Below, piece after piece: positions 19,156 to 27,490 of a stretch of 64,000 nucleotides of DNA. Position 1 is the first letter of the stretch, and the number at the start of each line of letters is the position of its first letter. The stretch covers positions 32,001 through 96,000 of the forward strand of contig CAVSQW010000002.1 in the NCBI GenBank assembly GCA_963730185.1, in the 5' to 3' direction. The DNA is from an uncultured Gemmatimonadales bacterium (GTDB lineage Bacteria > Gemmatimonadota > Gemmatimonadetes > Gemmatimonadales > GWC2-71-9). The position numbers and the translations under genes are program-made. The notes under the pieces were generated by a model. That model saw nothing but the letters and a program-made list of their open reading frames with translations. It was not told the DNA's origin and made no database searches.

Positions 19156-20295
19156 ATGGCTCCCGTGTTCTCGTCGCGCTTTCGCCGGGCCCTCGTCCCG
19201 GCCCTCGCCCTGGTGGCGCTCGGCCTGGCCGGCCCGCTTCGGGCCCAGCAAGTGGCCCGGGTGGCCGACCTGACCCATCGCGCCGGCGACGTGGCCCGCC
19301 GGCTGGTCGGCTACGGGATCGTGGTCGGCCTCGATGGCACCGGCGACCGGAGCTTCGGCGGCTTCAACGGCTCGACCATGACCGTCCGATCGATCACCAA
19401 CCTGCTCCGCCGGTTCAATATCGAGGTCCCGCCCGACCAGATGCGGCTCCGGAACGTGGCCGCCGTGCTGGTCACGGCCGAGGTGTCGCCGTATCTCCGT
19501 TCGGGGGGGCGGTTCGAGGTGCAGGTGGCCGCCATGGGCGACGCCACGTCGCTCCGGGGTGGGGTGCTCTGGATGGCGCCGCTCCTCACCGATCCGAACC
19601 AGCCGCCGGTCGCCACCGCGCAGGGCATGCTGGTCGTGCCCACGGACGGTACCGGCCGGATCAGCATCCGCCAGGGTAACAGCGGGCGGATCGCCGACGG
19701 CGGGCTACTCGAGGTCGATCTCCCGACCCCAACCCTCTCGGGAACGCCCCGCCTCTCCCTCGCCACCCCGGATCTCCGGATGGCCACCCGGATCGCCGGG
19801 GCCATCCGGGCCGTTTACGGCGACAGCGCCGCCCGGACCGAGGATGCCGGCAGCGTGCTCCTCAACCCTGGGGCCGGGCGTGCCGATAGTCTCAGTATGT
19901 GGCTCGCGGCCATCGACACCCTGCCGGTGACCGTAGTCGAGGTGAGCCGGGTGGTGATCGACGGCCGCGACGGCACCGTCGTGCTGGGTGGCGACGTCCG
20001 GGTCGGGCAGGCCACGGTGAGCCACCGGGGCTTGACCGTGCAGGTGGGCGGCCCTCCGCTGCCGGCGGCGGCCCCACCGGCCCAGCGGGCCCCCGGCGAC
20101 ACGACCGCCGCGACGGCCGCCGATTCGACCGCCACCGCGAGTGCCGCCGGGCTGATCCGGGCCACGGCCGGCGCGAGCGTCCAGGAGCTGGTCGCCGGGC
20201 TTCACGCAGCCGGCGCCCGAGCTCAGGAAGTGGCCGCGATCTTCGAGGCCTTGCGCGCGGCGGGCGCGATCCGGGCCCAGGTGGTGGTCCGATGA
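19156..20295 (+). CDS. flgI: P-ring protein FlgI
   Basis: LVGYGIVVGLDGTGD, NVAAVLVTA, GDATSLRGG and C-terminal ALRAAGAIRA. Confidence 0.95.
   Translation: MAPVFSSRFRRALVPALALVALGLAGPLRAQQVARVADLTHRAGDVARRLVGYGIVVGLDGTGDRSFGGFNGSTMTVRSITNLLRRFNIEVPPDQMRLRNVAAVLVTAEVSPYLRSGGRFEVQVAAMGDATSLRGGVLWMAPLLTDPNQPPVATAQGMLVVPTDGTGRISIRQGNSGRIADGGLLEVDLPTPTLSGTPRLSLATPDLRMATRIAGAIRAVYGDSAARTEDAGSVLLNPGAGRADSLSMWLAAIDTLPVTVVEVSRVVIDGRDGTVVLGGDVRVGQATVSHRGLTVQVGGPPLPAAAPPAQRAPGDTTAATAADSTATASAAGLIRATAGASVQELVAGLHAAGARAQEVAAIFEALRAAGAIRAQVVVR
19861..19889 (+). promoter_or_regulatory. Sigma28-like promoter internal to flgI, upstream of flgJ-flgN-flgK
   Basis: CTCAAC-N15-GCCGATAG, with the same architecture as the motifs at motA and cheA. 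Confidence 0.6.
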
Positions 20296-20600
20296 CCGGG
20301 ATTGGCGGGATCGGCGCGGGCGGCGGTCCGCCGGCGGCCGACGAACACACCCGGCTCCGGCAGACGGCGCAGCAGTTCGAGGGGCTGTTTCTGGCTCAGC
20401 TCTTCAAGGAAATGCGGGCCTCGGTCCCGAACGAAGGGCTGACCGGCAGCTCGGCGGGGCAGGAGACCTTCACCGGCTTCTTCGACGACGCGATCGCCCA
20501 AGAGGCCGCCAAACACTCGACCCGCGGCCTCGGTGAGGCCCTCTATCGACAGCTGGCCCGGCGCCTCGACGGCGCCCCGCCCACCGGGGACGTGAAATGA
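20292..20600 (+). CDS. flgJ: Short FlgJ (rod-binding domain only)
   Basis: LRQTAQQFEGLFLAQLFKEMRASVP...GLGEALYRQL. 102 aa, no hydrolase domain. Confidence 0.85.
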   Translation: MTGIGGIGAGGGPPAADEHTRLRQTAQQFEGLFLAQLFKEMRASVPNEGLTGSSAGQETFTGFFDDAIAQEAAKHSTRGLGEALYRQLARRLDGAPPTGDVK

Positions 20601-21106
20601 GCGCCGTGACCACCGAACTGCCCAGCTCGACCGAATCCGCCGCCGGACTTCGCCATGGGCTCGAGACCGAGCGCGGCCTCCTCAAGGATCTGCGGGGCGC
20701 CCTCCGGGAACAGCGCGACGCGCTGGCCCGCGACGACGCGCCGGCGCTCGAAGCCATCGTCCACCAGATCGGACGGACTCTGCTCGCGATCCGCGAAACC
20801 CGGCGCCACCGAAGCGGGCTGATCGCCGTCCTGACCGGCTCGTCCGACGCCGCGTTGTCGGCGGCCATCGGTGTCCTGACGCCGGCCGAGGCCGAGCCGG
20901 TGGAAGCCCTCTGCCGCGAGCTCCATCAGACGGCAATGGCGGCCAGCCGCGAGCTGGCGATCAACCAGTCGGTCCTCCGTCGCGCCATTCAGACCGGCGA
21001 GCAATTTCTCCAGCAGATGCTGACCGCCCCGGTCGACGGCGAGGGCGCCGGTAGCTATCCGGCGCCCGCGAGCGCGAGCGGTCTCCTCTTCAACCAACGG
21101 GCCTGA
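20597..21106 (+). CDS. flgN: Export chaperone FlgN
   Basis: Helical protein with ELAINQSVL and C-terminal Y...LFNQRA. Precedes flgK. Confidence 0.75.
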   Translation: MSAVTTELPSSTESAAGLRHGLETERGLLKDLRGALREQRDALARDDAPALEAIVHQIGRTLLAIRETRRHRSGLIAVLTGSSDAALSAAIGVLTPAEAEPVEALCRELHQTAMAASRELAINQSVLRRAIQTGEQFLQQMLTAPVDGEGAGSYPAPASASGLLFNQRA

Positions 21107-21109
21107 TCC

Positions 21110-22582
21110 ATGTCCGTCACGAGTCTGCTCTCCATCGCTCGCGGCGCGCTCTCCGCTCAGGAGCAGGCGGTCAACGTCGTCGGGCACAACATCGCCAATG
21201 CCGAGACGCCGGGGTACACCCGCCAACGGGTCACCCTCGCGGCGGCGACGCCGGAGACGCTCCTGCCCCTGGGGCAGATCGGCCGGGGCGTGACCGTGGC
21301 CGGGATCGAGCGGCTGCGGAGCGCCTTCCTCGACTCCAGCTGGCGCCAGGAGGCGGGGCTCCAGGGTCGGGCCCAGTCCCTCTCCGACGTCCTGAGCCAG
21401 GTGACCGGCGTGCTGGCGGAGCCCAGTGACACCGGCCTGGGGGCCAGTCTCGACAACCTGATCGACGCCTTCAACTCGCTCGCCTCGAACCCGGTCGATC
21501 CGACCAACCGCGCGGTGGTCGCCGCCAGCGCCACCGCACTGGTTGACAAGTTCCACGGCATCGACAGCCAGCTGACCGCCATTTCTCAGAACGCCGCGGC
21601 CGGTCTGACCCAGGCCGCCAACGACGTCAACTCATACGCCGCTCAGATCAGCGATCTGAACGCCCAGATCCGGGCGGCCGGCGGCTCCGCCCCCGACCTC
21701 CTCGATCGGCGGGACCAGCTGGTCGACAAGATCGGCGGCCTGATCGACGTCAAGGTGGTCGACCGGGGGTTCGGGACGGTCGACGTTCTCGCGGGCGGGC
21801 TCCAGCTGGTGTCGTCGGGGGGCACGACCCAATCGCTCTCGGTGAGCGGCAGCGGGCCGTACCAGGTGCAGATCGGATCGCCCGCGGCACCGGTGAGCAT
21901 CGGTGGCGGCAAGATCGCCGGCTTGATCGATGCCCTCAACACGATCGGCTCGCGGGGCTCCGGGACCACCCGGGCCACCGGGCTCCGGGGACAGCTCGAC
22001 GACCTGGCCGCCGGGCTGGTGACCGCTGTGAACCAGATTCACAGCGACTACGATCCCAGCACCAAGCCGCTCCAGCCGACCATCACGCCGGCCCCGTCGC
22101 CCCTGGCCACGATCGGCGCCTTCTTCGATCCGAACGGCATCACCGCGGCCTCGATTCAGCTCGATCCGGCCATCCAGGCCGATCCGGCCAACATCGCGGC
22201 CGGGTACAGCACCGCCGCGGGCGACAACACGATCGCGCTCCAGCTGAGCGGGCTCCGGAATCTCGCGGTTCCCGTCCCGGGCGCGAGCGGCGCGACCCCG
22301 AGCTCGCCGGCCACCACCGCCGGCGGGTCCCAGATTCTCGGTGACTTCTACACCTCGTTCGTGGCGGGCCTGGGCGTCACCGCCCAGGCGGCCCAGTCCC
22401 GGGCGGATTCCCACACCACCTTGCTCGGGAACCTGGATGCCAAGCGGCAGTCGGACTCGGGGGTGTCGATCGACGAGGAGATGGTGAGCCTGATCGAGCA
22501 TCAGCAGGCCTACACCGCGGCCGCCCGCCTGGTGAAGGTGGCCGACGAGATGCTCCAGGAACTGGTGAATCTAGGGCGGTAG
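21110..22582 (+). CDS. flgK: Hook-associated protein FlgK
   Basis: GHNIANAETPGYTRQ, LLDRRDQL and SGVSIDEEMVSLIEHQQAYTAAA. Confidence 0.95.
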   Translation: MSVTSLLSIARGALSAQEQAVNVVGHNIANAETPGYTRQRVTLAAATPETLLPLGQIGRGVTVAGIERLRSAFLDSSWRQEAGLQGRAQSLSDVLSQVTGVLAEPSDTGLGASLDNLIDAFNSLASNPVDPTNRAVVAASATALVDKFHGIDSQLTAISQNAAAGLTQAANDVNSYAAQISDLNAQIRAAGGSAPDLLDRRDQLVDKIGGLIDVKVVDRGFGTVDVLAGGLQLVSSGGTTQSLSVSGSGPYQVQIGSPAAPVSIGGGKIAGLIDALNTIGSRGSGTTRATGLRGQLDDLAAGLVTAVNQIHSDYDPSTKPLQPTITPAPSPLATIGAFFDPNGITAASIQLDPAIQADPANIAAGYSTAAGDNTIALQLSGLRNLAVPVPGASGATPSSPATTAGGSQILGDFYTSFVAGLGVTAQAAQSRADSHTTLLGNLDAKRQSDSGVSIDEEMVSLIEHQQAYTAAARLVKVADEMLQELVNLGR

Positions 22583-22590
22583 GTCGTGAC

Positions 22591-23316
22591 TCAGGGGGCG
22601 GGGCGGAGGGTGACCACCGTCTCGGTCCCGCCACCGGCCCGAACCCGGAATGCCAGCGTGCCGCCAGCCCGCTCCACCAGGGCCCGCGCCACGAACACCC
22701 CGACTCCACCGTGCGAGGCGGCCGGCCAGTCGCCGGCGAGCGGCCGCTCGACGACGAGGCCCGGTCCCGGGCCCCGATCGGCGATGACGATCGCCGCGCC
22801 CGACGGCCCGCCGGAGCTCGTAACCCGGACTTCGGTGCCGTCCTGGCCGGCGGCCTCCTTGGCGTTGTGCAGCAGGTCGAGCAGCACCTGGGTCAGCGCC
22901 GGGGTGGAGATCGCGACCCGAATCCGAGCGGTCACCGGGTCGATCCGAGTCGGCGTCGGGGGGACGTTGCGCTGAAACTCGGCCAGCCGTTCCACGGTCC
23001 GGAGTACCTCGCCCAGGTCGGAGACCGGGTCGGGGTCGGCCGGGTAGCGGCCCAGCTGGCCCAGAAGGTCGAGCGTCTCGGTCATGGCCTCGACGGCGCC
23101 GTCGACTCGCGACAGCACCGAGGCGTCCGCCTCGAAGGCGCCCATCCCCGAGCTCAGGGCCAGAACCTGGAGATTGTTGCGGATGTCGTGCGCGATCCCG
23201 CGAAGCAGCGACTGAATGGTATGGGCCCGACCGAGCGTCACCAGCCGGTCGATCTCCGCAGGGCTCAGCGGGACGGTGTCCTCGTCGGGAGAGTGCATTG
23301 GGTCGACGGGCACCAT
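22591..23316 (-). CDS. Sensor-less histidine kinase (HisKA plus HATPase)
   Basis: H-box IAHDIRNNL, N-box QVLLDLLHNAKEA, G1 IADRGPG and G2-like GGVGVFVAR. Confidence 0.75.
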   Translation of the reverse strand: MVPVDPMHSPDEDTVPLSPAEIDRLVTLGRAHTIQSLLRGIAHDIRNNLQVLALSSGMGAFEADASVLSRVDGAVEAMTETLDLLGQLGRYPADPDPVSDLGEVLRTVERLAEFQRNVPPTPTRIDPVTARIRVAISTPALTQVLLDLLHNAKEAAGQDGTEVRVTSSGGPSGAAIVIADRGPGPGLVVERPLAGDWPAASHGGVGVFVARALVERAGGTLAFRVRAGGGTETVVTLRPAP

Positions 23317-23350
23317 GATAGGGCGCGCCCGGGTCGGACGGCAAGGCCTC

Positions 23351-24547
23351 TCAGGCCGCCGGCGTTCCCCGGCGGACCCAGACCCCGTGCACGATCGGGT
23401 CGCTCCGGTGCCGCCGGCGAATCGTCTCGAGGGTCGCCTGGGTCAGCTGGGCACCGGCCGCGAGGAGCTTCACGCCGGAGCTGGTACAGAGATCGTCGGC
23501 CAGGACCATCCCCTCCTCGAGCTTCGTGATCGGCACCCGGGCTCGCGACGCCGTCGCCGGTGCGTCGGCTCCGGCCCGGACGATGGCGTCCAGGTAGGCC
23601 ACGACCAGCGGGTCGTACCGCGTGCCCGAGTGAGCCGCCAGGCGATCGAGCGCCGTGGGGGGCGTCGCCGCCTGGCCGGACTCCAAGAGGGCGTGGTAGT
23701 CGATCAAGCAGCGGAGGATCCGGGACCGGAGCGGAACCTGGCCCTGGCGGAGCCGGTCGGGATGGCCCGTTCCGTCCCAGTTCTCGAAGGACGCGCCGAT
23801 CAGGTCGGCGGCCGGCTCGAGTCCATCGGTCTGGCGGAGGAGGTCGCGGGCGGCCACCACGTAGCGCCAGGCGTCGCCCTCGAGCACGTCCTCGACCTCG
23901 TCGCCTTCCGCCTGCTCGGTCGCCAGCACCACCTTGCCGATCTCGTGGAGCTGAGCCGCGATCGTCAGGTCCCGCCGGAGCACCGGTGGGATCTCGAACC
24001 GATCGGCCAGCTGGGCGGCCAGCCGGGCGCTGTCGGCGCCCCGGGCCGCCGCCCCCGGCACCCGGAGGTCCACCAACTGGACCAGCAGCGCCAGCAGGTT
24101 GTCCAGCCGCTCGGCCACCGCCCGGTTCAGGCGCTCGAGCTCCAGCTTGTCGGCCCGGAGCTGATCGTGGAGCCGCTTGAGCCGGAGCATGGACCGGACC
24201 CGGGCCACCAGGTCGGCCGGCCCCACGGGCTTGATCAGGAAATCGTCCACCTCAGCCTCGGCGGCGATCTCGACCGGCGCGTCCGCGCTCGGCTCGAGCA
24301 CGACCACCAGGGTGCCCTCGAGGGTGTCGTCCTCCTTGATCGCCCGGCCCAGCGCCAGGCCGCTGCCGTCTGGCAGGGCCCGGTCGGTCACCACCAGGTC
24401 GGGGCGGTGGATCCGGGCCGCCGCGAGCCCCGACGCCAGGTCGGTCGCCGTGAGGATCCTCAGACCCTGGTACGGCTTGAGGACCGCCTGGTAGGCGGCC
24501 GCGTCGGCCGGATCGCCGACCAAGAGGGCCGTGCCGGCGAGCGTCAT
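23351..24547 (-). CDS. Response regulator with degenerate HD-GYP domain
   Basis: REC domain (PDLVVTD, DDFLIKP), a coiled coil, then LHEIGK, ENWDGTGHP and HSGTRYDP, ending in an LEEGMVLADDL...G..LL..G module. Confidence 0.82.
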   Translation of the reverse strand: MTLAGTALLVGDPADAAAYQAVLKPYQGLRILTATDLASGLAAARIHRPDLVVTDRALPDGSGLALGRAIKEDDTLEGTLVVVLEPSADAPVEIAAEAEVDDFLIKPVGPADLVARVRSMLRLKRLHDQLRADKLELERLNRAVAERLDNLLALLVQLVDLRVPGAAARGADSARLAAQLADRFEIPPVLRRDLTIAAQLHEIGKVVLATEQAEGDEVEDVLEGDAWRYVVAARDLLRQTDGLEPAADLIGASFENWDGTGHPDRLRQGQVPLRSRILRCLIDYHALLESGQAATPPTALDRLAAHSGTRYDPLVVAYLDAIVRAGADAPATASRARVPITKLEEGMVLADDLCTSSGVKLLAAGAQLTQATLETIRRRHRSDPIVHGVWVRRGTPAA

Positions 24548-25374
24548 CGGCGCCGCGCCAGCATCTTCCGGACGCTGTCGGCCGGGATGGTCACCTTGCC
24601 GACCGTCCGGTTCAACAGCACCAGGATGCTGACCCGCCGGTTCCGCGGATCGAAGGGCGCGTCCGGGTAGCGGAGCCGCCGGTCGGCCATCCCCCGGATC
24701 TCTTCGAACCGCCGCGACGGCACTCCCGCGTCGCCGACGATCCGCCGGGCGGCGTTGGCGCGGTCGGCCGAGAGCTCCCAGTTCGAGTAGCCCGAGCCGC
24801 TCACGTAGGGACGGGCGTCGGTGTGACCCTCGATGGTGACCTGGTTGGAGTCGGGCGCCAGCTCCTGGCCGATCAGGTTGAGCAGCAGTTTGCCCTTGTC
24901 GCTCACCGTTGCCTTGCCGGACTCGAAGAACTGAGCCGTCGAGTCCTCCAACAGCTCGATCCGGAGGCCCTCGTCGGTCATGGTGATCTCGACGTGGTTC
25001 TTGAGCGAATCGAGCAGGGGAACCGTGCCGAGCTTGTCCTTGAGGTCCTGCGCGATGTTCATCAACCGGTCGATCCGGAGGTCCACCACCTGGGGCGGGG
25101 CCAGGGGGCGGGCCATCTGGGTCTGGGCCCCCTCGCCCGGGATGATGGACGAGCCGAACTCGTCGGCCCGGCCCAGCGGGTCCTGGAAGTATCCGGCGAT
25201 CGCGGACTTGACGTCCGAGCTCTGGTTCACGAGCCAGAGCACCAGGAAGAGCGCGAACATCGCCGTCATGAAGTCGGCAAGCGCGACCTTCCAGGCACCG
25301 CCGTGATGGCCGTGGCCGCCGCTCTTCTTGCGGACGATGATGATGGGGGTTTCGCGGTCCCGATTCACGGCCAT
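24544..25374 (-). CDS. motB: Flagellar stator MotB
   Basis: WKVALADFMTAMFALF TM with the conserved Asp, plus OmpA-like IEGHTD, NWELSADRA and RNRRV. Confidence 0.95.
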   Translation of the reverse strand: MAVNRDRETPIIIVRKKSGGHGHHGGAWKVALADFMTAMFALFLVLWLVNQSSDVKSAIAGYFQDPLGRADEFGSSIIPGEGAQTQMARPLAPPQVVDLRIDRLMNIAQDLKDKLGTVPLLDSLKNHVEITMTDEGLRIELLEDSTAQFFESGKATVSDKGKLLLNLIGQELAPDSNQVTIEGHTDARPYVSGSGYSNWELSADRANAARRIVGDAGVPSRRFEEIRGMADRRLRYPDAPFDPRNRRVSILVLLNRTVGKVTIPADSVRKMLARRR

Positions 25375-25381
25375 AGCCGAC

Positions 25382-26233
25382 CTACTTCCCCTTGCAGGCG
25401 GTTTCCATGGCCTGGAACGTAGGACGGACGTCCGCCGGGATCGCCCGCCGGGCGAACTCGACCGCGACGATCGGGGCGAAGCCCTTCGCGAAGGCTACGA
25501 CCCCGGCGCGAAGCACCTGATAGAAACTGCCCTCCGCGGCGTTGAGGTGCTCGATGGCGGTGGCCAGCGGGCCGAAGAAGCCGTAGGCGCAGAACACCCC
25601 AAGCATCGTCCCGGTGAGCGCCGCCCCGACGTGCTCGCCGACCTGCTCCACGGGGCCGGAGATCGCCGCCATCGTGACGATGATGCCGAGTACGGCCGCC
25701 ACGATCCCGATCCCGGGGAGCGCGTCCGCCACCTTCTGGAGGGCATCGGCCGCGGCGCTCTCCTGGAGGTGAAGGAGGTCGATCTCCCCGTCCATCAGGG
25801 AGTCGAGGTCGTGGGGCGGCACGCTGCCCACGATCACCAGCCGAAGGTTGTCGCAGAGGAATTGGACCGCGTGAACGTGGTGGTGGATGGCCGGGTACTT
25901 CTTCAAGACGGAGCTCTGTTCCGGCCCCTCGACGTGGGCCTCGATGGCCACCAGGCCGTCCTTCCGGGCCAGCTGGAACAATTCGAAGAGGAGCCGGAGG
26001 GCATCGAGGTAGGTGGTGGAGCTGAACGGGGCTCCCTTGAATACCCCCGCTACCTTGCCGATCATTAGTTTCAGGACCGATGGGGGGGTCGAGACCAGGA
26101 CCGTTCCCAGAGCGGTGCCCAGGATGACGACGATCTCTGAAACATGGAACAATGCCAGAATCTTGCCCCCGGCGATCGTGAAACCGCCGAGGACCGAAGC
26201 AAGGACGACGATGATGCCGATGATCGCGAACAT
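25382..26233 (-). CDS. motA: Flagellar stator MotA
   Basis: ARKDGLVAIEAHVE, DALPGIGIVAAVLG, GAALTGT and AVEFARR. Confidence 0.95.
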   Translation of the reverse strand: MFAIIGIIVVLASVLGGFTIAGGKILALFHVSEIVVILGTALGTVLVSTPPSVLKLMIGKVAGVFKGAPFSSTTYLDALRLLFELFQLARKDGLVAIEAHVEGPEQSSVLKKYPAIHHHVHAVQFLCDNLRLVIVGSVPPHDLDSLMDGEIDLLHLQESAAADALQKVADALPGIGIVAAVLGIIVTMAAISGPVEQVGEHVGAALTGTMLGVFCAYGFFGPLATAIEHLNAAEGSFYQVLRAGVVAFAKGFAPIVAVEFARRAIPADVRPTFQAMETACKGK

Positions 26234-26285
26234 GCCTGGCCCTCAGTCCATACTCCGGGTTGGACTACCCGGGTGTGGGGGGTCA

Positions 26286-26314
26286 GTATCGGTCCCGCGA
26301 TCGGTCATCTTGAG
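26286..26314 (-). promoter_or_regulatory. Sigma28-like promoter of motAB
   Basis: Minus strand reads CTCAAG-N15-ACCGATAC, about 50 bp upstream of the motA ATG. Confidence 0.68.
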
Positions 26315-26347
26315 GCGTAGCCAGGGGCCTGACGGGGGGGCAAATCG

Positions 26348-27214
26348 ATGTCGGTGACCTCTTTCGAGGCCAACCTGGAAGTCCTCATGGCCAGCGGGCA
26401 GCAGCTGCCCTCGCTGCCCACCATGCTCATCCAGGTCCAGCGGGCCATGGCCAACGAAAACGGTGGCCTGGCGGACCTGGGGCGCCTCATCGAGCAGGAT
26501 CCGGCCCTGACCACCCGCCTGCTTCGGATGGCCAACTCGGCCTTCTTCAATCGGGGGGATCAGGTTACCTCGATCACATCGGCGCTCAATCGCCTCGGCA
26601 TGGTCAATGTCCGGTCTCTGTGCATTGCCGTCGGGGTCATCAAAGCCTTCGGCGACGCTCAGCACGCCTTGGACCACCGCCGCTACTGGCAGCACTCTGC
26701 CGCGGTCGGGCTGGTCGCCGAACACCTGGCCCGGGTTGGCAAACGCTATGCCGCGGTCGACGGGTCCGAGGCCTATACGGCGGGCCTCCTCCACGACGTG
26801 GGCGTCCTGATCCTGGACCAGTTCTTCCCGGCGCTCTTCGCCTCCATCCGGGCCGACGTCGAGGCCCAGGGCATCGGCCGCTGGCACGTCGAGACCGCCG
26901 AGCTCGGGATGGACCATGGGCAGGTCGGGGCCCGGCTCCTCGGGCACTGGCGCCTCCCGGAGCCCGTGATCGCCGCCGTCCGGGAGCACCACCAGGGGCC
27001 CGAGGCCGTCGTCGGCGCCGGGCTCCTCGGTCACCTGGTCTGGGGGGCCGAGGCCCTCTGCTCGGCCGGAGGCCTCGAGCTCACCGAGGAGGGGGTCGCC
27101 GAGATCACCCCCGCCGAGGTATTCGACCGCCTGGGCATCGAGGCTGCCGACCAATCGGCCGTGCTCGAGCGGGTCGGCAGGATCGGCGATCAGGCGCTCT
27201 CGATCGCGGCCTGA
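26348..27214 (+). CDS. Stand-alone HDOD domain protein
   Basis: LPSLP, QDPALTTRLLRMANSAFF, WQHS, AGLLHDVG and DHGQVGARLLGHWRLP. Confidence 0.9.
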   Translation: MSVTSFEANLEVLMASGQQLPSLPTMLIQVQRAMANENGGLADLGRLIEQDPALTTRLLRMANSAFFNRGDQVTSITSALNRLGMVNVRSLCIAVGVIKAFGDAQHALDHRRYWQHSAAVGLVAEHLARVGKRYAAVDGSEAYTAGLLHDVGVLILDQFFPALFASIRADVEAQGIGRWHVETAELGMDHGQVGARLLGHWRLPEPVIAAVREHHQGPEAVVGAGLLGHLVWGAEALCSAGGLELTEEGVAEITPAEVFDRLGIEAADQSAVLERVGRIGDQALSIAA

Positions 27215-27360
27215 TCGGCGGTCGGCCTCCGGGCCGTCCCTTTTCGCCGTCCGACCGGTCATTTCGTCCGCCTCTGATCGGCACGCCTTGCCGGATCGGG
27301 CGGCCGTGGGCCGGACTTTCCGCTCCCTTTCCGTTCTGCCACGCGAGCCGGCACTCCGGC

Positions 27361-27389
27361 CTCAACTTCGCCGTCCCAACGGCCGATAA
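27361..27389 (+). promoter_or_regulatory. Sigma28-like promoter upstream of the orphan cheA
   Basis: CTCAAC-N15-GCCGATAA, with a consensus sigma28 -10 box. Confidence 0.72.
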
Positions 27390-27490
27390 CACGGCTTGAC
27401 GGAAGTAGTGTCCTCTCCGGGAAGAGTGGGTCGGCCGACCGTCCCCCGCTCGGCATGTTCCCGCGCCGTTCGGACGGTCAAGGGAGTCGG

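Noticed and set aside
27279..27293. CGGCACGCCTTGC as a sigma54 promoter for cheA
   Set aside because: The GG to GC spacing is 8 nt, not the required 10.
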